Part shown: positions 1 to 13,700 of the stretch, piece after piece
How the letters are laid out: every line of letters begins with the position of its first letter
Numbering within the stretch: position 1 is the first letter of the stretch
From: Saccostrea echinata
Lineage: Eukaryota
DNA length: 64,000 nt
NCBI RefSeq assembly: GCF_033153115.1
Contig: NW_026889750.1
Location: forward strand, 45,322,001-45,386,000
Direction: 5' to 3'
Translations under genes and position numbers: made by a program
The notes under the pieces: generated by a model
The model's database searches: none
What the model was told of the DNA's origin: nothing
Seen by the model: only the letters and a program-made list of their open reading frames with translations

Positions 1-5
1 AAATG

Positions 6-50
<45 letters not shown>
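1..50 (-). mobile_element. Terminus of a HINE of the same family (inverted)
   Basis: gatcagaaaagctcacttgagccttcggctcaggtgagctaaaa is the reverse complement of 15957-16000. Confidence 0.85.
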
Positions 51-51
<1 letters not shown>

Positions 52-471
52 CTGGGACATTTAAGATACTTTTTTTAACATCTGTAAATTAATTTATACT
101 ATAGATATACTGAAACATTTCCATGTGTATAAGGTTGTAAGAGTATGAATGAAATCCTATACATTTACAACCATTAATCAATGTACATATGCCAGCAGCA
201 TCTATTGGACAAAAAATTATTCATAATTTAACATTAGCAGCAGAATTAACAGTTTTAACTGGCCCCATGCTGGATTATCACAATGTGAAAGAAAAGAAAT
301 ATTTAAAAGTCCACATGATAAAAAATTTATTTTCTTAAAAAAATATTGGGTTGAAGAAGTTCAAAGCAATAGCTTATAAAAAGCCTGTAGTTTTTCTGAC
401 CATAGTAAAACGTGTTATTGCACTGCTGTAGAGGTCTGTACACTATACATTATGTACACAATATGTACAAT

Positions 472-1745
472 TCACATTCTGTTACTGGGGCTCCCATGGG
501 GCATCATACTGCTTCTACAAAAGGCTCTGGTGGGGTGGTTTAAATTCCTCTGAAAAAAAAGACACATCAATTCACATTTTCAATCTCAATGAATGAAATC
601 TACATCAGCTAGCATTTCCACCTCAATGACTGATACATGTACCGGTACTTGTATCACTTTGCATAGATAATCTCAATGACCAAAATCTCAATACTTTTCA
701 TTTACATAGCTAGCACAAAGAAATGATAAACACTATGTGCCCCATTCATAATTGGAGGGGTGGGATAAAAATTTGTTCTTTTGTAAAAGTTATCGCCAAG
801 ATTAGAGTTCTTGAAAGTCAAACTGGTCTAGGTCATGACGTCAAAAATCATAATACATTCAGAAATGTCTTGTCACAAGTAATGGGTATAGGACAAAAAT
901 ACGGAAGCCCCATCTCATCAGGTACAAAAGTTAAAGCCATGGTTAAATTTTTGAAAAGTAGCATCAAGGTCAGGGTCAAGATGTCAAAAATCATCATGTC
1001 TCTTCAGGTGCAAAAGCTTACTGAAGTTAAATTTTTTTTTGAAAAGTTGGTCAAACTTCAAGGTCTTGAGGTCAAAAATGGTACTACTTCTTGAAAGTCA
1101 ATGTCACATATAATGTACTTCAGAAATACGAAAGCACTTTCATTCAAAAGTTATTACCAGTGTTAAATTTTGAAAATTTAAGAAAAACTCTGGTGTGGCC
1201 CCACCGTATCCCTGGGGGTTATGATTTGTACACACTTGAATCTACACTACCTGAGGATGCTTGCATATAAATATGACCATTCACCAATCATGGCTTTGCT
1301 GTTCTTAAGAAGAAGATTTTAAAAGAATTTCCTATGTATTCCTATGTAAAACTTTGATCGCCCATTGTGGCCCCACCCTACCCTCGGGGGTCATGATTTG
1401 AACTTGAATCTACACTACCTGGGAATTCTTGCATATAGATATGACCAATCATGGCTTTGCTGTTCTTGAGAAGAAGATTTTTTAAAGATTTTTCCTACGT
1501 TTTCCTATGTAAAACTTTGATCGCCCATTGTGGCCCCACCCTACCCCCAGGGGCCATGATTTGAACAAACTTGAATCTACACTACCTCTCAATGATTCCA
1601 CATAAGTTTCATATTTTCAAGCACAGTGGTTCTTGAGAAAATGCCATTAATTTTTCATGAATTCATAATTATCTCCCCTTGGAAGAAGGTGTGGCCCTTC
1701 ATTTGAAAAAAAACTTGAATCCCCTTTAACCAAGGATACTTTGCA

Positions 1746-1779
<34 letters not shown>

Positions 1780-4700
1780 TGAAGAAGTTGAAAATGTGAA
1801 AAGTTTACAACGACAGACAACGGACGAATTTCTATCAGAAAAGCTCACTTGAGCCTTCAGCTCAGGTGAGCTAAAAAGGTGTCGATTTTTCTATAAAAGA
1901 AAAGCAGACCTTTGAGTTACTGTAAATAACAGGTAACTATGAGAATATCATTTTAGTTTATTTATACTTTCAGGCAAATCAATCTTTTGATATCAACACA
2001 ATCTGTTATTTTTTTGCACACAGATTTGTGCTTCTCAATATCTATCTCATTGTGTGTTTATATATATTTAAGGATAATATATCATTTTTAAACATCTATC
2101 GGGATATAAATACGGGTCGGTCATGAGATCAAATTCCATAAAGCCCGAAGGGCTTTATGATAAATTTGATCTCATACCAACCCATATTTATATCCTGATA
2201 GATGTTTAGAAATGATACATTATTACTTATATTTACATTTACGACTTATTCATATTTTATATTTTCCTGATTATAATCTTTGACGAGTGAAATATTTTAT
2301 TTTTCAAACTCAATGGCACGTATTTGATCCATTGATTGCACATTGACTCTTTATGACGTCACCGAGAAATTACGTCGAACATTTATGACACGAGGAACCG
2401 TGTTTATACAGATATAGATACACATTGCTTTCAATAGTGTTATACAAAAACATTTGCAAATGTAAATATATATTGATAAATAGTGTGCATATCTAGTTTT
2501 GCTTATTTACATCTGTCCAGTTCAGTTGCCAATAATGAGTAACATGATGACTTACAAAAGTATTTGAGTAGTGGGTAACAGGAAAGATAACTCTAAAAAG
2601 GAACTTTCATACCAAGGATTTTGAAAATAATTTTTGTACACCAATAAATTTGATTTTAATTCAATTTCTGTTGTAATTTAATTCATTAATGTTTCTTCTA
2701 AAGTCTTCCCTAATTTTCATCCATATACCTATAATTTAGAGAAAATAAGTTATATAATTACTTTTTATAAATTTTTATTACCGGTAATATCTTTAAAAAA
2801 TATGTTGACTGATACACTTAAGTTTTTGTGGTTGTTAATATACGCCAGGAAAAAACAAAATTTGTTGTGCTACTTATCCAAACTCAATGGGAAAAATATC
2901 TGAACACTTATGAAATTAAATCTTAAGAAAATCAGTATAAATTATATTTCATTTCCTGCCAGTTTTTAAAGATTGATATGCTTGTTAAAAGTAATGCTCA
3001 GTAATATGAGATCATAAGCTTGGGGGATGAGGAGGACTCTTAAAGATTCTCCCTCCTAAGAAAAGAAAATTGTGAAATCCAATGCTGTCAAACATAATTA
3101 AGGTCATTGTAGTGCAGTTATTTATTTTCCATTCTGTACAAAGCAAGGTGTATGTACATGTATCTGGTCTAACAAAATTTTCGACCGGTCAAACATAGCC
3201 TTCGACTTCGTCAGATCAAATGTCTGACAATGATTTAAAAATTTCGACAACTCTGGATATGCATGTGTAAATATGAAAGTCACGTCTTCTCTCAATCAAA
3301 GAGAAGACCTCATGACCAAAGTTAAAGTTTTTGTTACAGACAGACAGACAGATGAATGAGATTTAATGTTCCCGCAGAAGTATGGGGAAAAAAAACTACT
3401 TTTATTGCAAATTTGTTATTCATTAATGTATTTTTAAGAGGGCTGAAAAACCATTAATAAACATATGACAGTTCCGTTATCTGATGCAATTCAGATTTAT
3501 TACTTGCATAAACTGAAAATGAAACTAGCTTATATTTTAATTACAATTTTTTTTTGAGTTAAAGCATTACAAAAATTATTGGAACATGCTAAAAGGATTA
3601 CAGTAATATTATACACTGAATAAAAAAAGAATAAACTTTGAGAGAATTTTTATAAATAATGTGCAAAATTATATTAATGATGGGAAACTCAATTACGTCA
3701 TGCATCTGAATGCAGTAGGGTTGTTAAAAAAAGTCATGCTGTGAGTAAACTGTGACAGAAATGGCAGAGTTTAAAGGCACAAGTATCACCTACATGGGCG
3801 GTTTTCTTCTGTACGTTAAAGTGCTATTCATTTGAATTCCCGACTGAAAATAGCATCAAATAAGATCACAGCTTCAAGTATAATATACTAATTAATGTAT
3901 AATATTCCATTTATTGTGTATTATTTATAACTCTGATTTAAAAATAGTCATATGGGATAAATCAAGACTTCAAATTGGAGAGGAGAGGTGAACTTAAAGA
4001 TTGACTGTATTACTTAAACAATTTTTAAAAAAAGTGATTCAAAAAATGTTTTTTATTAATTGTGTTAATGATAGAGAGAGACGACTTGATTAAAAAAAAT
4101 ACACACTTCAAAATCTTGATACGTTCCCATGGAGGCTGCCGAGACGTCAATATGGGCAGTAGGTGCGGACTGTCCGTGACTGCTTACCGTCGTATGGCTG
4201 AACAGGGCCGGGTTTGGAGGACCATTGTTTCGCTCTGACAGAACTTTACGATTTCCACGGAGGGACCTTCTTCGTGTTGTTTTACAGCCAGGTGTCTACA
4301 AAAAACATGACTTAAAAAATATTTCATATTATCTTCAAATTTTTAGTTAGATAAATTTATTCAGTCACAAAAATTTTTGACAAATGATATATAGGGGAAA
4401 AGAGATACTTCTAGCAAATTTGGCAAAAAAAACTTACATATTTACTTGCTGACATGGGAGCCCTCATAGATGGGGAAGCAAACACACTACTGTGCTGAAT
4501 CTTACTGCAAGACATTGGAGTCTTGGTTGTGTCATTCAGCTGAAATAATATTGACAGTATGTCAGTAACAGAAATTGATCAAGCCTTTATACTTCACCTC
4601 AGATCGGGAGACAGCAGTATCAGTACTACATTAACACCTGAGAAAGGAGTTGCATCTACAGTTTTAATACCATCTCCTTTGATAAATTGCCAGTGTAAAA

Positions 4701-7700
4701 ACAAAATATTGAACCCTGTGAAATGACCAGGGGTCCATTTTTGGCATTAAAAAATGACCCCAGGTCTCATTATTTTACAGGGGTCTTAATCGTCTTTACA
4801 TCAGAGATCTGGAAATTTATCTGCCAGACTGGATTGTATTACTTCCCTTCAATAGTTATCCATCCTATGTGTAAATTATTTAACTGTATTGCCCCCACTT
4901 TGAACTGTCAAACCACATTTGCCATCATGGGCCCCTTTCATACTTTCTTAAAAAAAAATAAAAAAATAAAAACTGGATCTTTCTATAGGATGCAAATGTT
5001 CAGGACATGTCAATAAAATGATTTTTAAAACACCCTAAAGCTCTACATGAAGAGGCATTTTTTATATAAGTTCCCAAGTCATTACTAAGCCCAGTTACTA
5101 GTTCATGAATTATGAAAAAGAACCTTGCTTTTAGGTGTCAGTAAAAAACTATAATAAACCCCCTACCTATTTCAACAATATGATACATATTAATCTTGAT
5201 TTCTTCAACATATTGATCAAATCACCATGTTGTTTGATTAAGATTCATTGATTTGACTCAACAGCCATATATATTTTCAAAGTAAAATTGGTATTAGTCA
5301 AGTAATTAAGGTGTAAATTTTATGGTTAAAATGGTACCATAAATTGTGAAATAATGGAACAGATGTGTACTTATTAATTGATCAAAAAAGTGCAATTTAC
5401 AAGATATCAAAATCACAGATGTCTTGTGCATTGGAGCATAACTAATCTTATCGCTGTCTATTGTAATTAGGGTTTCTTAATAGAATCAAGATATTTAGGT
5501 GTGAAAAACTGCATACATGCAGTTTAGAGCTACATATGTTTTCTGGTTGCAGGAGTTGGGAATGCAAACCCTGAACATCCATTGTAATGAAAAATAAAAT
5601 ACACCAAATACAGTTGAACTTCGGTATCTCGAACACGGATATCTCGAATGCCATGGATATGTTGAAGTCATTTTGAAGTCCCAACTGCTTATTTCTTAAG
5701 TATTTTACCATGGCTATCTCGAATCCTCGGATATCTCGAAGTATTTTCTTGGTCCCTTTGAGTTTGAGATAGCAAGGTTTGACTGTACTAATAAAACTGA
5801 ATTACAAAAATCCCTTTTTTAAAGTTTTAACTTTCTAAAGAAACAGAAATGAGAACAGTTTGTATGATTGCTTCCCTCATTACCAGAAATATAAATCTCC
5901 CGGGGACATTTTAAAAATAACTTTAATATGTGTTACTGCACCATTGTTTTATAGATACCTATCCCCAAGATGAAATTTTTAGATTTCAGTGAATGTTTAT
6001 TTTTATGATTCAATGAAATAATTAGAACTTCCATTTTTATTTCAATGCCAGAATTTTAAAATTCATCGGGCACAATGTCCAGTGTGGTTTTAACTTTTTC
6101 TGGACATACATGAAAACTATCCGCAATCCAGTATTTATCACCATCTCCGGCAAAACAATATGCCTCATCTGTAATCTTCAAGATATTAATGATTATTTAA
6201 AGAACTTCAGTTGGAGTGAGATCAAAATTCTGTTAGGAATAAATCAGTTTTAAGAAATGCTTATTATTAAACTTGGTAGATCAAAAAATGTGTGTTAAAG
6301 TGCCAGATTGTCCAGAAGTAAAACCGTGTCAAAGATCCAATTAGTGACCTAACCTTGACCTGTAGTCTGACCTGAACAGATATCCTTGAACTGGAGCCAT
6401 CAGTCAACTAGATCAGGAAAGTTAAAAAATTTGATTCCAGTGCCAAACATTTAGAGTTACAGACTTTCCAATAAGAAAGTACATTGTAGGTAAAAATTAG
6501 AACTCTCCTAATGGGTCCAGGACTATCACCCCCAAGGAGCAACTTAAAAAGGGATACATTTTAAAATGGCTTTAAAAAGAATAGCCATCTTGCAAGAAAA
6601 AAAAAAATTATACTGCAAATTTCTGTGGTCTGCATTGTGTTGAAATGCAATTGAGGTTGTAGCATCTCTGGTTGTAAGCAACGTCTGTATTGAGTATGAA
6701 AGTAAAACCTTCAACAGTCCATACACCTTGATGTATTTAGTATTAAAGTAAAACCTTCAACAGTTCATAGACCTTGATGGTCAGCTGAATATCAAGTTTT
6801 AAGTAGGACCACTTTAGCTCCACCTGTACTGAAACTTTGGTCGGACATGACAAACTTTTAGTTTATCAAAACTCTGTCATCATCATTTTCTGACATAGAA
6901 GATTCCTAGACCCAGGGAAAGAAAATGAATTTTTAATTTTTTTTAGAGGGCTAGCAAGACCAATTAAGCCCCCCCCCCCCTATCATGGGACCTGAACCAT
7001 GGGCAAAAGGGGGGGGGGGGGGGGAAATAAAACAATCTTGGTAAAATGTTGAGTACTCATTATATTCATGTAAACAATTTCCCTTTAGGTCTTTGCCATG
7101 AGTAAAAAAGATTTTATATAAGATATAATGCATTTTCAATAATCTGACTTACTTAGCAGGGGTGTGCAATTCGAAAAATTCAGCACTAGCCCACGGGCTA
7201 GTGGTAGAAATAAAGTTACTGGCCCCAAGTAAAAAGTTACTAGCCCCAAGTAAAACGTTACTAGCCCAAATGTAGGGGAAAGGGGGGGGGGTAACAAAGT
7301 TCTAATATTAAAAGAAAATAGTTTATTGTTGAAAAAGTCAGCTAGGGTTTTAATGTGATTCTTTTTAATTCTCACTAGTAAAATTAAATCATTTATAAAT
7401 TAATAATTATGATAGAAACTAAAAATGAATTAAAATAAATTATCCTATCTAAAATGAAATGACAATCATTTTTTTTCATCTTAAATCATTAAATACGCTG
7501 GAGTATATGTTATGCAAACCAAATAACACTTATCTTTCAATTGATTGAGTGATCGTAAATAATTTAATGAGATATCTGCATGCGTATTTACCATAAACAG
7601 TGGAATAGAGGAAATTCGAATTAGATAAAAACGATCGTTTTTGGAAGTAAATAAGTCAGGTAGTACTGCAAAATGGATAATATTATGTAGATTTACGAAT

Positions 7701-10700
7701 AATAGGCGCATGCTGCCGAAAAATTTTCATTGCTTAAGAATTTTATAGCCAAAAATGAGAGAAAATACCGATAGTGATTTTCATGTATTACATTGGTAGT
7801 TTTAATTTTTACTAGCCCAAGGGGCTACCTCCGTGCAGAAAACTACTAGCCCGACCCCAAAAAATGGTAGCCCCGGGCGTCGGGCGATGCTAATTGCACA
7901 CCCCTGCTTAGCCCCCACCCTGGAGCCTAAACATTTAACAATTTTTGGTAGAGGGCTCAATGCTTATTATAATCATGCCAAACAGTTTGCCTGCTATATG
8001 TCTAGGAGTAAGAATATTTTTGGAGATTGCATTAATTTTCATAATTTTGGTCCAGGGGAGCAGAGATTCATAAAATTCTTAATTTTTTTCTCCTTTCCCC
8101 ATATATGCTAATATAGCAAAATTGGTTGAAGTTGGTTCAATGTTCCTGAGAAGAAAATGAAAATGTTCAAAAGATAATGCACAACAATGGATAATACAGA
8201 TATCAATAGATCACCTGAGTTCCAAGAAATGTCTACAGACAGACATGGTGATATCCATATAACTGATGTCAAGTTTCCAACAAACCTTTTAAATCTCAAT
8301 GTACATGTATGTCCTCATTTGTGAAATTTCATGACTTGTTTTTGAAACGTCCTTGTTAACATTGTAAATTGTGGCTTGAACTCTTTTATACAAAAATAAC
8401 ATACATGTACATTGCAGTATGAATTCAATGAAATGTAAATTTAAAAGTTAACAGTCCAGCTGTATGCCCTTAAACATATCTAGTGCTCTGGAAACATGAT
8501 ATAAAGAGTTTTTTGTACAAAAATACAAACTCATTACAAAAACTACAAACTAGAGCTAAATGTACACTGCATGCCTTTGAGATACACTGCCTTGGTGTGT
8601 GATGACCTTTACTGACCTTCCTGAGTTTACTGGGGGTCTTTGTGGGCGTAGTCAGGAAGCGTTTCTTGGCAGGAGTAGACGGCTTACTACCATAAATCAT
8701 CTCTTCCTCCATCAATCGAGCCTTTGCTTTGTGCTGGAGAAATAAATCAAACAAGACATTCCCAACTGATTTTAACATTGCAAGCAATGAAAAAACAATG
8801 AACTGAGAAGCCCCCCCCCCCCCTTTACTTTTTAAGTTACGATTCAAATTAGCATTGTCAAATCTTAGTTTACTTTGAGTAACATATAATCAGACTTTAA
8901 CATTAAACATCAGAGGGATGGCTTGTTGCTAACTGATGTAGTACTAAAGCTTTTTGTGACAGCCTTACAGGAAATAATACAGTTCTAATATACCAGATTT
9001 ACCAGATTTTTTTTATACATGTCACATCATAACTTTGGTTAAAAGACATTTGATAGCTAGAATTTAGATAGATTTTTCAAGGATAAATACCCTTTGTTCT
9101 TTTTCCTTGATTTTCTGCTCTTCATAAGCGGCCCACTGTTTCTGTACAAATTCATCAAAAGCCACACCCTCTACCAGGAATGGCTGGCTATGTTCTGCCT
9201 CCCATTTAATAACTGTTTCTTTAAGTTCTTCTTCAATCTAGATACATTTAATTATAATGTCATTAGATTGCCGTAAGATCACTTTACAAAGAAAACTACA
9301 AGAAGTTTCACTTTCTGCAGGTCAGTCTACAGTTCCTGTACCTTTCCGCATTCAAAGTGCCAAAAAAAGTTCTAAAATCTACATTTAGAGCAAAGACTGG
9401 TATGGTAATATTGTAGATAATATACTGTAAGTAGAATGTATTACAAAAATTGATAATTATTAAATACACATTCCATGTACTTCAGAAAGGAACCTGCACT
9501 TTGCTGACTGTACACTCACCCTGTTCAGATCCTACAGGAATGAACCTATCATCTGTTGTAAATAATTATTTCAATAGTGGTCGTTATTTCAATAGTGGTT
9601 GCAACATACCACCTTAACCTTCTAACCCCAGGCAGATCCTAGAGAAATGAACCTATAATTGGTTGTATCACCCTCAGAGCTCCAGATAAGGTGCATATTT
9701 GCAGAAATACGCATTGAATTTTACAAAATATGCATTGAAAATTAAAACTGGGAGTACAGTTATGCACAAACAATCGTAGATAAGCATTACACCACGAAAG
9801 TACTGCGTATGACGGGTTGAATAATAAAAGTACGACTTAGCTAACGATATGAATTGAGGTTAACTCAGTATTTGATTTTTCTCAAAACGAAATACTGATT
9901 TAAAAACGTTTTATTAACCAGGAATATTCAAGTAATGGTGACAATGATTTTCAATTATGGAGAAAGAATCAAAGATATAGATTAAAATCGATTTCTTTAA
10001 ATAGAAGACTTTGCACTAGGCATAGTTACATGTACTTTTAAGCACACAAACGCTTGTGTTAGCTATGTAAGATGATATTGTAACAAGTGTAATGCATAAG
10101 TTAAGAAAACAATGTTACCTAGAAAACAAACGATAGTTGGAGGAAAAAAGTCAAAGCTGGAGAAAAAAGTTTATCCTTCAATGTTATCAAAGAGGACATG
10201 ATGTGTAAGAAAAAAAAACATTAAGACCATATTAAAACCATATATTGAATAAACAAGCTCTATTTAATTTCAAGACCTATTAAATAAATAAATTGCAGTA
10301 GAGAGACATTATGCATAACATGTATTTGAATTTACCGATCAAGACTTCTCTTAGATTCTGTAGAGTTCTCTGTTTAGTAGGACGGTTACACACAATTTGT
10401 ACATGACGTTTTTTATGATGGGTTCTTCTTATTTCTGTCAACTTGCCAGATTAAGATTTTTTTCTCGGTTTACTCTTGTTACGATATCATCTTAAAGGAA
10501 ATGTTTTATGTGCCTATGGTAGCTTTTACCTACTGTATGATCTTCCTTGTCAAAAAGGAACACTTCTCAGTTTTAGCAAAAAGTCTAATTGGTATTTTCA
10601 AAATTTATCTAAATGAATGCAGGAACTTTCCTTTGTAGTTTTTTTCCTTTCCTCTTCTAAAACACTTTATTTCGATAGCAAGCTCAAAATCAAAATAGAT

Positions 10701-13700
10701 GTCAAAACATTACATGTGTATATATTAACAAAATACTCTTAAATCATTTTGCTGAAAATCAAAATCTGCATTGATTTGAAAATCAGGGAGTAAATACACT
10801 TTAGGTTAAAAAATTATCTGGAGCTCTGACCCTTAACCATTCACCCATTCAGATCCTAAAGATATGAACCTATAATTTGATGTACCACTTTTTACCTCTC
10901 ATCCTGTTCAGATCCTTCAGAAATAAGCCTACAATTTGTTGTACCATCTACTCACCCCAGACAAATCCTACAGAAATGAGCCTGTAATTTGTTGTACCAT
11001 CTACTCACCCCAGACAAATCCTACAGAAATGAGTCTGTAATTTGTTGTACCATCTACTCACCCCAGACAAATCCTATAAATGAGCCTGTAATTTGTTGTA
11101 TCATCTACTCACCCCAGACAAATCCTACAGAAATGAGCCTGTAATTTGTTGTACCATCTACTCACCCCAGACAAATCCTACAGAAATGAGCCTGTACCTT
11201 GTTGTATCATCTACTCATCCCAGACAAATCCTACAGAAATGAGCCTGTAATTTGTTGTATCATCTACTCACCCCAGACAAATCCTACAGAAATGAGCCTG
11301 TAATTTGTTGTACCATCTACTCACTCCAGACAAATCCTACAGAAATGAGCCTGTAATTTGTTGTACCTACCATTTACCACTCACCCTGGGCAGAATCTTC
11401 AGAAATGAACCTATAATCTGTTTTACTACCTTTTACCACTTACCCTGGGCAGATCCTTCAGGACTTTTTTTCTTGCCTTTTCCTCCTGAAGTAATTTACC
11501 TCCACGGTTGTTAAATCTGTTGGGATCATTTGCTTTCCTCTTCAAAACAGAAAAGAAATGGCATCAGTTGAATCACAGTCCACCAAGTTTACATTTTCCA
11601 ACACCAATACATTACAATATCAGTATGTATATATTTATATATTTCATAAAATGAGGTAAAGAGTGGCAAAAATATTTATCTTATAAAACTGAAAGCTCTA
11701 GCATATTACTCCTCGAACTAATGTATAAAATAAAACTACATGCTGTTGATAACTTGCTTACATACCTCCATTTCAATCATCTGCCGAAAGTGGGAATCCC
11801 ATCGTTCCAGATTTTCAAACATTTGTTTATGATCCTCGTAATACTTCTTCAGTTTTTGAACTTCTCTATCATGCTCGTCTAATAGAGCCTCTGTATAGTT
11901 TTCTAAAAAAAAAAAAAAAGAAGAGTTTTTTTCTCTCAAGAAAACTTATAGTAATTAAAGTTCAGATCTATGAAGTTTAGCAGAATGTTTCAGCCATATG
12001 TACATTATAAGACTTTTTAACAGTCAAACATTTGGTTTTTATGAGATTTCTTACCATTAAAATAAGCGGTGAAATCTTCCCTCTGTTGTCTACTGAAGAA
12101 GCACTTATCCCACCATTCAACGATCTCTTTCCTCATGCCCTCCACAAATCGCTGAATATTATCAAACTTGAGCTTCTCACAACGTGCTATTTCAGCCTTT
12201 AGCTATAAGCACAAACAGATATTTGAATCAACATGATTGAATATCAATAAAATTCCATAGAAGTATACGAAATGGTCAATATTAAAGCTCTGTAATCATA
12301 ATAATAATGATGCCATAATTAAGGCTGGGTATCAGCTGGGAATTTCATATTGCGATATTTTTTAACTGAATTGCGATATGTATTGCAATATTTTCAGTAA
12401 CAGTTAAAATGATCTTTTCTTATTTTATTGACCTCCATTTAAGCAAAGTGTGGATAACTATTATAAATGTGTTGTAACAAAAAAGTTCTTGTTGATTTCA
12501 CTACAGTTTTGCAACAAAATGCAATCATACAACAGCAACCTTAGTGTTTGGCACAATTGATATCGTTTCTGACATCTTGAATTATATATTTTACATAAGA
12601 AATCCCAAGCCCAAGCATTTTGCAGGTATATCAGTATTGGAAAAAAATGTATCGCAATACGATATTTTTGGTCAACGAATTGCAATATACCAGAATATTG
12701 ATATTATTGCACAGTCCTAGCCATAATCACCAAAAGAAAACATTAAATTGCAATGTTTTCTTATACTATATATATATTGGAGTTTTTCCCCATATAATGA
12801 GGGGTTAACATTGATATTCAGACTCAGAAAAACTAAAACAATAATCCATAGCCTTTTTTTAAATGGGATGTTTGTCTGGTGTTGCACAAGACTACAAGCA
12901 TTTCCATCTTGTTTATACTTGTATCTTATGCTAACCTGACTTGTTTTTTCCCTTGCCAATACTAGAGAATTTGTTGGTCAATTTGGAAAATTTCAGATAA
13001 AAATATTTTTTGTTCATATCTTATAAACGTAACTCTTCATCAACAAAATGTTTATTTGGAAAGATTCAAGACTGACTAAAGCTCTGCTACAGTAAAGCTT
13101 TAATGATTTCAATAGAACTTGTTATAGAGCAGCAATCACATGTAAAGGCAAGAAACAGAAAAAACAAAATAATATATTTATGTTTATTTGAAAAATTATT
13201 GAAAAATAAAATTTACTTCTTAAGTTCTTATCTACTTATCTATTTTTTTCACATCATTACTGGAAACAGACCATTTATTTATTTTGGGAAGAAGAAAGAG
13301 AAGTAAGATTTATGCTAGCAACAATCAAGCCCCCCCCCCCCCCCCCCCCCCGCAGTAAATTGATTGAATTTTAAATGATATAATTATTTAATACATGATA
13401 AAGTAATTAATGGATATAACTCTAGATGCCAAATGAGTAAACTAAATAACTCAAGACAACAGGGTGCTTTTTTAATTACTCAGGTGAATATGATATACAA
13501 GAGAATATTATGGTACAAAAGTATATTATTAAACATTATACTCATCATCATAAAATAATTCAATACCACTAATTCATTAAGAAAAAGAAACCATCTTTCC
13601 TTTTTTCAAACACAGACTTACTGCCTCTATGACGGGGGGTTTGATGCCAGACTTGTCTTTCCTAAAGTGACTTCTCTCAGCCTCAGAAATCTCCAGTCTA

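Noticed and set aside
723-1094. 123-aa ORF and similar short ORFs in HINE/MITE sequence (e.g. 15998-16746, 18735-19001, 26804-27039)
   Set aside because: They lie inside non-coding repeats, with no domain similarity or splice support.
4598-4647. Possible extra PRC1 exon (cag|gtgttaatg..ctgag|gtgaag)
   Set aside because: In the required phase 0 it hits TAG at codon 4; the model is complete without it.
6695-6780. Two- or three-copy local duplications (also ~9565-9600, ~34270-34445, ~40805-40940)
   Set aside because: Ordinary short duplications not tied to splice sites; noted as the background against which junction arrays should be tested.
9238-11443. Idea that the arrays created their introns (tandem-duplication intron gain)
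   Set aside because: The PRC1 array lies on the donor side and the acceptor is unrelated to the unit. From memory the flanking exon sizes match vertebrate PRC1, implying an ancient intron (needs confirmation by alignment).
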